A stretch of DNA of 64,000 nt, from NCBI GenBank assembly GCA_963845755.1, contig CAWJTV010000020.1, positions 128,001-192,000 on the forward strand. Reading direction: 5' to 3'. The first letter of the stretch is position 1; each line of letters opens with the position of its first letter. The notes under the pieces are model-generated. The model did no database searches, had not been told where the DNA came from, and saw only the letters and a list, made by a program, of their open reading frames with translations. This document shows positions 55,863 to 64,000 of this stretch, piece by piece. The position numbers were made by a program, and so were the translations under genes. The stretch comes from an uncultured Planctomycetota bacterium. Lineage in GTDB: Bacteria > Planctomycetota > Planctomycetia > Isosphaerales > Isosphaeraceae.

Positions 55863-56835
55863 TCACCCCACACCGCAGGCGGCGCGTGCGCGGTCGAGGA
55901 CGACGCGGGCGGTGGCGCGCGCCCGATCGGCGGCGGCGGCGCGGACCTCGGCGACGCGTTCGGGATGGGCCAGCCAGTCGGCACGTTGCTCGCGTGCCGG
56001 GGCGAACCGGGCGATCAGGTCCTCGGCCAGCCGGTTCTTCACTTCTCCGTAGCCGATACCCCCTTCGCGGTATCGCCTCTCGACCTCGGCCAGCTCGTCG
56101 GCCCCGGCGAACAGCTTGAAGAGGCCGAATAGCGAGCAGGTGTCCGGATTCTTGGGGGCTTCGACCGGCGTGCTGTCGGTCACGATCTTCTTGGCCTTCT
56201 TGCGGATCGTCGCCGGCTCGTCGAAGATGTCAATCGTATTATTGTAACTCTTGGACATCTTGCGGCCGTCCAGGCCCGGGACCACGGAGACCGACTCGAG
56301 GATATAGGGCTTGGGCAGCCGGAACACCTCTTGGCCGCCCCCGAAAACCCGGTTGAACCGCTCGGCGATGTCACGGGTGATCTCCAGGTGCTGCTTTTGA
56401 TCCTGGCCGACCGGCACGAGGTCGGCGTCGTAGAGCAGGATGTCGGCCGCCTGGAGCACCGGGTAGGCGAAGAGCCCGTGCTCGGCCGACAGGCCCTGCT
56501 CGACCTTGTCCTTGTAGCTGACGCATTTCTCCAACCAGCCCATCGGGGTCACAGTCGACAGCAGCCAGGCCAGCTCGGTCGTCTCCGGCACGTCGGACTG
56601 GACGAACAGCGTGGCCTTCTCCGGGTCGAGTCCTAGCGAGAGCATCGTGACGATCACGTCGAAGGTATACGCCCGGAGCAAGCCGGCATCCCGGACGCTC
56701 GTCAGCGCGTGGTAGTTGGCGACGAAGTAATAGGCGTCGTTCTCGCGCTGAAGGTCGATGAACTGCCGCAGCGCCTCCGAAATAATTGCCGATGTGGAGG
56801 GCACCCGAGGGCTGGATTCCCGACAGGACGCGCAT
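55863..56835 (-). CDS. trpS: Tryptophan--tRNA ligase; frameshift near 56775
   Basis: SGIQPSG.LHIGNYFG (HIGH), YPVLQAADIL, VPVGQDQ, KMSKS. Confidence 0.96.
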
Positions 56836-57089
56836 GGTTCCGTGAACTCGCTGGATCGATCGAAGCGGAAGGAACTCGCCGGACCTCACCTCGAGTTGGC
56901 CGGCGCGGGCATCGGCGGTCCGCACCGCGATCCCGTGACGATGACACTGTACCAGGTTGCTCCGGGCACGGCCAAGTCGAGCAACACGCGGGTCGAAAGC
57001 TTACCTTGGCATGTCTGCCGGCCGATGCTAGGATCGAATCGGGATCGACCATCAACCGTCGACATGACTCCGTGGTAAAGGGAGACGCG

Positions 57090-57524
57090 ATGACCATCGA
57101 AGTTTACGAGGACCATGGCGTCCGCTTCGAGTTCCCCGCAGACTGGCAGATCGAGCTCTCGGAAGACGGCCCGGTGACGACTGTCGAGGTGCAGGCCCCG
57201 AGCGGCCTGGCCTTCGCCTGGGTCCGGGCCGACGAGTCGTGCCCCGACCCGGCCGGCGTCGCCGACGAGGTGCTCGGTGCCATGCGACAGGAGTACGCGG
57301 ACCTGGACGCCCACCCGGCTCTGGAGCCACTCCACGAACACGTCGTCACCGGCTACGACGTCGAGTTCTTTTCGCTCGACGTGACCAACGGGGCAACGAT
57401 CCGCTGCTTCCGCACCCCCCGCCGCACGGTGCTGGTCTTCGGCCAGTGGTCCGACCTCGGCGAAGAAGACCTGCCCGAACTCATCCGGGGCTTGTTCCAG
57501 TCGGTCGAGGAGATTGAGGAGTGA
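57090..57524 (+). CDS. Conserved hypothetical acidic protein (possible PsbP/DcrB-like fold)
   Basis: AGGGAG RBS; GVRFEFPADW motif; 144 aa. Confidence 0.75.
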   Translation: MTIEVYEDHGVRFEFPADWQIELSEDGPVTTVEVQAPSGLAFAWVRADESCPDPAGVADEVLGAMRQEYADLDAHPALEPLHEHVVTGYDVEFFSLDVTNGATIRCFRTPRRTVLVFGQWSDLGEEDLPELIRGLFQSVEEIEE

Positions 57525-57657
57525 GAAAACTCACAGGTGGGTTTCTCGGCCAATACTCTTCCTGAAGGAGGCTCATGTGAATCCTCCTCGGGCAAGTCCG
57601 AGGAGAACACGATCGGGAGATGATGGGGGACCGTCATCTTCCCGTTGGATTGACGGT

Positions 57658-58005
57658 CTACAAACCAGGACAGTATCGAATCGCACTCTCCACTCGGTTC
57701 ATTGCATGTCCAGCGAGCTAGCCGGCCGGGACGGGCGGAAAACGCCGAGGGTCGAGTGAACGGAACTGGAAGCCGAGGAACACGGTTTCCGTCGGCAATC
57801 CACTCTCAGTGGCCGAAAGGCGTACATTGGTCGGGTAATCCCGCGGTACGTTCTCGCCACGCGTACCCACAATAACCGTCACAACGAGGGGTCGGTTGTT
57901 GATAGCATCGATCGATAGAACGAGGACCGGCCTGCGGCCCGCCTGCTCAGGTCCCTGGACGGGATCCAGGTAGGCGAAGTAGATCTCGCCCTGTGGAATA
58001 CTCAT
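57658..58005 (-). pseudogene. PemK/MazF-family toxin with in-frame TAG at 57718-57720
   Basis: GEIYFAYLDPVQGPEQAGRRPVLVLS; after the TAG the same frame reads LAGHAMNRVESAIRYCPGL*, the expected terminal helix. Confidence 0.8.
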
Positions 58006-58241
58006 GGAAGGGTTTCCAAGCCATCGGACTGGGTCATTGCGAATTCGGACTCGATTTCCCACAATTCACGCTGAATCGCTGGGTCACTCGCCATCTCTTC
58101 AAGTTCTCGCTCTCGAGGATCCGGAAAGGGCTGGGATTGCTCGCGAATGCGCCTCGCGAGATACTCCATGAGGCACAGTTGGTCGGAGAAGGGGAGCTGG
58201 TCCACGGCAGCTTCGATACGCAAGAGATCCGGACTGGTCAT
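58002..58241 (-). CDS. Putative antitoxin
   Basis: 79-aa acidic ORF with ATGA overlap to the toxin; MASDPAIQREL..IE.EF motif. Confidence 0.78.
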   Translation of the reverse strand: MTSPDLLRIEAAVDQLPFSDQLCLMEYLARRIREQSQPFPDPRERELEEMASDPAIQRELWEIESEFAMTQSDGLETLP

Positions 58242-58359
58242 GGGACTCGCCCCTGATTGATGGTCAAACTCGTTCTAGCATCAAGCCGGAATTGAGCGAA
58301 GTCAATCGAGACTTCTCGCCCAATACCACCAGGACCGGGGCCGGCCGAAGCGGATCGTG

Positions 58360-58555
58360 GCCCCGAAGGGGTCAAACATACCAGCCCGGGGCAACGCCCC
58401 GGGACGGTGGCGACGATCACCCCGAGGGCAGCCCTGAAAGGGCGAAACAGACGAGGTCGGAGCCTTCGCCTGTGCCGCCCTTTCAGGGCTTGTTCATGGG
58501 GTTTTTCGGTTCCCGGGGCATTGCCCCGGGCTGATTTGTTTGGCCCCTTCGGGGC
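58360..58555. repeat. Nested palindromic element (REPIN/MITE-like)
   Basis: Outer arms 58360-58404 / 58511-58555 (41/45 match); inner arms 58430-58450 / 58470-58490 (19/21); arms contain their own hairpins. Confidence 0.9.
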
Positions 58556-58587
58556 AAATCGTGGTGGCGTCCAGCGAGGAGTCTCAG

Positions 58588-61500
58588 TCAATCGATCTTC
58601 AAAGAGCCGGAGTGAACGGATGCCGGATCATGCGTTGTCTCATCCAGAAACGCCGCGATCCGGTCGAGTAGCTCATCGCCGCCGATGTCAATGATGTCGG
58701 TATGGCCGGCGTTGGGGACGTCCAGCCAGCGTGGAAGTGTGGAGAAGGACGCGGCCAGGCGCCGGGCCTCGGAAATCGGGACGATCCGATCCTCGGTCCC
58801 CTGGACGAGCAAGGTTGGGCAGGCGACGCGCGGGGCGGAATCGGTGGGTCGAGGGCGGTTCAAGGAGACGCCCGCGAGCTTGCCCGCGCGTCGGAGGACA
58901 AGCCGCGCCAGCAGCTTTGCGAAGGGGAGATGCCGTCTGCGCAAGGAGTCGGCCACCGAGACGTCGAGATCGACCATCGGAGACTCGATCACCAGGGCAC
59001 CGACTCGAGAGTCTTCGGCGGCGGCCCGCAGCGCAATCGCCGCGCCCATCGAACGGCCCCAGAGCGCGGGCCGCAACGGAGCGGGTGAGTCGTGGTTTGC
59101 CACGCGATCGGCCAGCGCGTCGAGCCAGATCCGGACGTCGCCGGCCTCACGTCCGCCGAACGACGCATAGAGCCCCTCGCTGTGTCCGTATCCCCGCAGA
59201 TCGACCGCCGCAACGTTCCAGCCGTGACGGTTCAGCATGGCTACGCGGCGCGCCTCCACCATCGATGAGTTCTCGGCGTACCCGTGGAGCAGCAGGACGG
59301 TCCGTCTGGTGGCCTCCGGTCCCGGCGCGGGATACCAGCGGCCCGCCAGCCTCGCTCCATCCGAGCCCCGGACCACGATCGGCTCGAAGTGGAGGCCGAG
59401 TGGCTGCGCCGCCGGATCGTCATCAGCGTCAACCCGTACGTGAGCCGATCGTGGCGGCACGACGAGCACCCAGGCACCAAACTCGACAACCGCCAGGATG
59501 CCGAACAGGATCGCCCCCAGGACCAACCCCGCAAGGACGATCGTGACGCGGAGCATTCCCGGCGAAGGACAGACGTTGACGGGCACGATCGGGAAGGTCC
59601 AGGGCGAACCTGACGTGCGGAACGAATGGTTCTCGTTCAATTGGACACCCGCTTTCTCCAGAAATCCCCGTGCGACGATCCCTTCCGGGGTCCATTGCAA
59701 ACGGATCGCGCCATCGCGCCAGGTCCTCCAGAGGAGAATGCTCTGCGGGCGCTCGAGAAAGGCCAGGGCGTCGTTGGAACCGAACGGCAAGGGGCGCTGA
59801 CTGACGACGACGCTCCGCGGGTTGGCCCATTGGTAGAGCGAGGCCGGGTTGGCCGACTTGCCACCGTGGTGGGGGGCCAGAAAGACGTCAGGCGGTGGAT
59901 CGGGATGGTGATGCGCGATCAGCTCGGTGAGTCCCATCTGCTCGAGGTCGCCGGTCAGTAGCAGGTGACGGCCGCAGTGAGCGACGTCGAGAACGAGGCT
60001 GTGGGCGTTGTCGGAAGCATCGGGAGACCAGTCGGACGGCGGATGCTGGATTGTGAATCGCACGCCGGCTGACTCCCATGCCGCGGGCGCCGAGGTCTCC
60101 TGGATACGGATGCCGCGGGATCGGACCTCCTGGATGAGTCGGACGGCCCTCGGGTTGGCTGGGCCGCCAAATCCCGGCGGGACTCGGACGGTTCCGATCG
60201 AGAACCGGTCGAGCAGATCGGGCAGGCCGTTGTAGTGGTCCTGGTCCGCGTGGCTGAGGATCAAAGTGTCGATCCGACCGATGCGGTGTGACCAGAGTGC
60301 CGGGGCGATGATCCGGCGCCCGACGCCCGGGTCCCCCATGCGCCCGCAATCGTAGAGCAAGGTCTGGCCGTCAGGCGTCCGGATGATGACGGCCAGTCCA
60401 TGACCGACGGCCAGCACCTCGGCCTCGGGGGTCGCGGCCTTCGATGGGATGACTGCCACGATCAAACCGGTCACGCTCCAGAAGGCCAGAAGCCACCATG
60501 GGCCGAGGCGCGCCAGCCCACCGACCCGCGACGATCGCGCGGCGGCTGTCGCTGAGATGGCGGCCCAGCCCAGCAGCCCATAGAAGACCAGGACCCATTC
60601 CGACGAAGGTCCGGCCGCGAACCGGTGTCCCCACGGCTGCGCGACGCCCCAGAGGACGACCGACTGCGTCACCTGGAGCAACCAGCCGGCGGTCGCGGTT
60701 GCTAGGCCGCCCAGCGGCCCCCATACCGCGGAGAGTCCCAGTCCCAGTCCACCGAAGAGCAGGGCCGCCGAGGTGATTGGGATCAGTGGGATGTTCAAAA
60801 GGATGCCAATCGGTGAAATGATGTGGAACCTCAGGGCGACCAGCGGCATCGCCGCCAGCCAGACCACGGTCGAGACGAGAATGCCCTCGATCAAACGGGC
60901 GCCCGCCCGACGAATCTTCGCGCGCCACCACGGCTCCAACCGTCGCTCCAATTCATCGAGCGCGGAACGGGGCCCGTACAGTCGGCTGCGAACGGCTGCC
61001 GTCGTCGACCAGAACCGCGTGCACGAGGGCGGCACCAGCCAGATGAGCGCGGCGATTGCCAGGAAGGAAAGCTGACATCCGACGTCGAAGAGGTAGACCG
61101 GATTGTAGGCAAGCGTACCCAGGGCGGCCAGGGCCAGAGTGTTGGCCGGCCGGGCTGTCCGGTCCGCGATGGCGGCCAGACAGAACATCACGGTCATGAC
61201 CGTGGAGCGCACGACGGAGGGTGCGGCCCCGACCATTGCCGCATAGCCGATGGTCAAGAGGCCGACGGTTAGATGAGCGGGCCGTCGGGGCAGACCGATC
61301 AATCGCGCGGCCACGAGCATCGCGACGGCCAGCACCTGCAAGTGCAGTCCCGAGATGGCCAGCAAGTGCGTCGTGCCGGTGCGGGCGAAGGCGTCATTGA
61401 CGGCGGGGTCGACCTCCTCGCGCTGGCCCAGCAGGAAGGCGGCGGCCAGCGGCTCGATCGTCGGGTCGAGCCGGTCGACCAGGTGAGACCGGCTCCAGTT

Positions 61501-62310
61501 CCGGAGCCTCCCCAGTGTTTCCACGAACGCCGCGGTTCGACCCTTGGGATCGCGATTCAGCCCATCCGGGCCGTCGACCGTCAGCCGCAGGTCGATCCCC
61601 TGGCCGCGGAGGTAGTCGCGATAATCGAACTCGCCCGGATTCAGCGGCCCCGACACCCTGGCGAGCTGACCGGCCGCCTCGATCGCTTCCCCGGCGCGAA
61701 TCTCGCCCCGATCGCCCGTCACGACCATCATCGCCCGGCCCGAGACCGACACCCAGCGCCGGCCATCGCTGATCGCTGTCAGGTCGACCACGAACCGGGT
61801 CCGCGACCGCGCCGGATCGCCCACCTCCGACACGAATCCCGATCCCCAGGCGCTTCGATCGTCGGTTCGTACGCCCAGGGCATCGTGGATTACTCCGCGG
61901 ACCCACGCCGATCGAGGCGTCTCCGTGATCGACCAGGAAACATCATTGCCATCCCGATCCCACCACCAAAAATGATGCCAGCCCCCCCCGATGCTCCAGA
62001 ATGCCGCGAGCAGCGTCAGGCTGCAAGCGACGTTGCGGCGAGCCGTCAACGCAGCAACCGCACCGCACGCGATGATCATGGTCGTCCAGGTATTCGTCGG
62101 CCACGGCGCGACGAATCGATCCGCGACGACGCCCAAGGACATCGCGGCGGCCAGGGGAGCCAGTGGCGACCACCGGAACGGAATGTCCTTCGATGCGGCA
62201 CGGATCGGATCCGAAGGGACGCCGACGCCACGGCCCCGATCAAGGGGTCCGCCGAGCGTCGGCCGGCTCGAGACCTCATTTCGGGAACGAATGGCTGCGA
62301 CGCCGCTCAC
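58588..62310 (-). CDS. comEC: ComEC/Rec2 DNA-uptake channel fused to C-terminal alpha/beta hydrolase
   Basis: NPGEFDY (OB/DUF4131), HLLAISGLH, QLSF (Competence), VGHG, HADQDH, TGD, HHG (MBL); then TM, HGY, DLRGYGHS, GRSMG, EDRIV, AGH; start uncertain. Confidence 0.9.
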   Translation of the reverse strand: MSGVAAIRSRNEVSSRPTLGGPLDRGRGVGVPSDPIRAASKDIPFRWSPLAPLAAAMSLGVVADRFVAPWPTNTWTTMIIACGAVAALTARRNVACSLTLLAAFWSIGGGWHHFWWWDRDGNDVSWSITETPRSAWVRGVIHDALGVRTDDRSAWGSGFVSEVGDPARSRTRFVVDLTAISDGRRWVSVSGRAMMVVTGDRGEIRAGEAIEAAGQLARVSGPLNPGEFDYRDYLRGQGIDLRLTVDGPDGLNRDPKGRTAAFVETLGRLRNWSRSHLVDRLDPTIEPLAAAFLLGQREEVDPAVNDAFARTGTTHLLAISGLHLQVLAVAMLVAARLIGLPRRPAHLTVGLLTIGYAAMVGAAPSVVRSTVMTVMFCLAAIADRTARPANTLALAALGTLAYNPVYLFDVGCQLSFLAIAALIWLVPPSCTRFWSTTAAVRSRLYGPRSALDELERRLEPWWRAKIRRAGARLIEGILVSTVVWLAAMPLVALRFHIISPIGILLNIPLIPITSAALLFGGLGLGLSAVWGPLGGLATATAGWLLQVTQSVVLWGVAQPWGHRFAAGPSSEWVLVFYGLLGWAAISATAAARSSRVGGLARLGPWWLLAFWSVTGLIVAVIPSKAATPEAEVLAVGHGLAVIIRTPDGQTLLYDCGRMGDPGVGRRIIAPALWSHRIGRIDTLILSHADQDHYNGLPDLLDRFSIGTVRVPPGFGGPANPRAVRLIQEVRSRGIRIQETSAPAAWESAGVRFTIQHPPSDWSPDASDNAHSLVLDVAHCGRHLLLTGDLEQMGLTELIAHHHPDPPPDVFLAPHHGGKSANPASLYQWANPRSVVVSQRPLPFGSNDALAFLERPQSILLWRTWRDGAIRLQWTPEGIVARGFLEKAGVQLNENHSFRTSGSPWTFPIVPVNVCPSPGMLRVTIVLAGLVLGAILFGILAVVEFGAWVLVVPPRSAHVRVDADDDPAAQPLGLHFEPIVVRGSDGARLAGRWYPAPGPEATRRTVLLLHGYAENSSMVEARRVAMLNRHGWNVAAVDLRGYGHSEGLYASFGGREAGDVRIWLDALADRVANHDSPAPLRPALWGRSMGAAIALRAAAEDSRVGALVIESPMVDLDVSVADSLRRRHLPFAKLLARLVLRRAGKLAGVSLNRPRPTDSAPRVACPTLLVQGTEDRIVPISEARRLAASFSTLPRWLDVPNAGHTDIIDIGGDELLDRIAAFLDETTHDPASVHSGSLKID

Positions 62311-62616
62311 TGGCCGATCCTCGTCCGATGATGGATGTCACTCACACACGCGCAGCGTCGAGCGTAACATTCCTGGATAATGATGGGTAGGACCGAGGTC
62401 GTTTCCTGATCTTTCACCCGGCGGACCGACGAATTCGTACCAGCGTTTTGTCGGTGCCGACTGGACAGTAAGATACCGATCGGGGATTCTATCGTGGAGT
62501 GGACCCCGCGAGACGCGGGTGATTGGTCTCGACAATCGGCTCGTGTGGATTGAGGCGATCTCAAACAAAGACCTGGGAGTCGTCTCCCGGCCATCATCTG
62601 GGGAGTGGATTGAAAC

Positions 62617-63858
62617 ATGCAGTATCGATACCCCTGCGGCGGCATGAACCGTCGAACATTCCTGGCCGCCTCCGCCGCGTCGGTTCCCCTGATCTCAGGA
62701 GTCCCGCTCCTGGGTGCTACCCAGGGGGCGGCAGCCATCGGCAAGACGACCCATCATGGCGGCGATGGGAAGCCCCTCGGCAAATACGCGGCTCCTGGCT
62801 TGTATCCGGGCCGGGTCGTCGAGGTCAAGAATTCGCGGATGAGCCTCAATCGCACCCGGGATCGCCAGGCTATCAAGGCGTCGATGGATACCGGCATCAA
62901 GGCTCTGACCGGCGCGACCGATGCGGTCGAAGGCTGGAAGCACTTCTTCGAACCCGGCGATGTCGTTGGGATCAAAGTCGTGCCCAATGGGACCCCTCAT
63001 GCCCATTCCTCCCACGAGATTGTCCTCGAAGTCATCGAGAAGCTCAGGACGTGTGGGGTCAAGCCCAAGGACATCTTCGTCTACGACCGCTACCGTGACG
63101 AGTTCATGGACGCCGGCTACCACAAGATCCTTCCGGCGGACGTCCGATGGGGTGGCATCACGGCCGAGGGAGGCAACCAATTCCAGCTCGACTTCCCTTC
63201 ATTCCGCTCCGACCCCATCGCCGGGTACGATCACGATGCCTTCGTCTGGATGGACCTGGTCTTCTACGGCGACGATCCCAAGAATGAGAGCAAGTATCGT
63301 TCCCACCTCGGCAAGCTGGTCACCAAGACGCTCAACAAGATCGTGGCGATTCCGGTCCTGAAGGACCACGGCTCGGCGGGCGTGACCGGGGCCTTGAAGA
63401 ACATGAGCCACGGCTCGGTCAACAACGTGGCTCGCTCCCACAGCAACAGCTTTACGAACGTCTGCAACCAGTTCATCCCGCAGGTGGTCAGTCACCCGAT
63501 CATCCGCGACAAGTTCGTCCTCCAGATCATGGACGGAATCCGCGGCGTCTTCGAGAAGGGCCCGTATCACCCACCCTTCGAATGGACGTGGGAGTATAAC
63601 TCGATCTTCTTCGCGACCGATCCGGTGGCGATGGACCACATCGAGTGGGGCATCATCGACGCGAAGCGAAAGCTCGCGAACCTTCCGCCGGTCGCAGCGT
63701 CGGGGCGGACGGCACTCGACCCCAGGCAGTCCGAGGGCTTCGACGTTCGCCAACCTCAGCACATCGCCCTGGCGGGCGCTCTCGGACTCGGCTGGTTCGA
63801 CTTGAAGTCAGCGAGGGGCCGGCGCTACTCGATCGATCATCGGACGGTGACGGTCTGA
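62617..63858 (+). CDS. Tat-exported DUF362-domain protein
   Basis: MNRRTFL (alternative start 62644); VGIKV, PVLKDH..AGVT.ALKN, DPVAMD. Confidence 0.85.
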   Translation: MQYRYPCGGMNRRTFLAASAASVPLISGVPLLGATQGAAAIGKTTHHGGDGKPLGKYAAPGLYPGRVVEVKNSRMSLNRTRDRQAIKASMDTGIKALTGATDAVEGWKHFFEPGDVVGIKVVPNGTPHAHSSHEIVLEVIEKLRTCGVKPKDIFVYDRYRDEFMDAGYHKILPADVRWGGITAEGGNQFQLDFPSFRSDPIAGYDHDAFVWMDLVFYGDDPKNESKYRSHLGKLVTKTLNKIVAIPVLKDHGSAGVTGALKNMSHGSVNNVARSHSNSFTNVCNQFIPQVVSHPIIRDKFVLQIMDGIRGVFEKGPYHPPFEWTWEYNSIFFATDPVAMDHIEWGIIDAKRKLANLPPVAASGRTALDPRQSEGFDVRQPQHIALAGALGLGWFDLKSARGRRYSIDHRTVTV

Positions 63859-63957
63859 GCGGAGGATGAGGTCGGGGGACACTCGGGATGGTCGGTGTTC
63901 GGCGGTCAGCACCCAGGCAGAAATGGATCGCTAACCTCTGAACACCGACCACCGACC

Positions 63958-64000
63958 TCAGCGGATGACCTTGCGGCTGAAGGCCACGATGAACAGGCCC
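63958..64000 (-). CDS. 3' end of a membrane protein entering from the right (possibly ion-channel domain)
   Basis: Minus strand reads GLFIVAFSRKVIR*; only 13 codons visible. Confidence 0.4.
   Translation of the reverse strand, partial: GLFIVAFSRKVIR

Noticed and set aside
2575..56780. Mass pseudogenisation or programmed frameshifting
   Set aside because: trpS, normally essential, is affected, flanking sequence is undegraded, and there are no slippery heptamers; sequencing error is more parsimonious
57518..57552. Possible fourth GTAG-REP copy (gtgagaaaactcacaggtgggtttctc)
   Set aside because: Only a 10-nt core matches; too degenerate to support
57718..57720. Pyrrolysine or recoded amber in pemK
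   Set aside because: No pyl genes in view, and TAG is used as a normal stop by many genes here

Overview
A GC-rich (about two-thirds G+C by eye) chromosomal segment, most likely from a planctomycete of the Isosphaeraceae type. This is inferred from planctomycete-style ECF sigma factors, a sigma/Ser-Thr kinase pair, a GSDH-multiheme fusion, DUF1080 and the MKTVFTTGEAAK response regulator. There are about 48 protein-coding genes. They include housekeeping genes (mnmG, tpx, trpS), signalling genes, an ABC exporter operon, an isolated Tad-type secretin locus, a sulfite-oxidase/cytochrome c pair, three toxin-antitoxin modules and several REP/REPIN-like and heptamer repeats. No rRNA, tRNA, CRISPR array or transposase was found. 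About 18 genes, including trpS, are broken by small indels. About 20 of the roughly 23 breakpoints fall at GCGC, which points to methylation-linked long-read errors rather than real pseudogenes. The best candidates for new biology are a ComEC/Rec2 fused in frame to a membrane-anchored alpha/beta hydrolase, a stand-alone phage-type Zn-HNH mini-protein, a secretin carrying a 55-aa Gly/Met insertion, and a Tat-exported PLP aminotransferase coupled to a STAS-less SulP. All family assignments are from motif recognition by eye; no searches were run.
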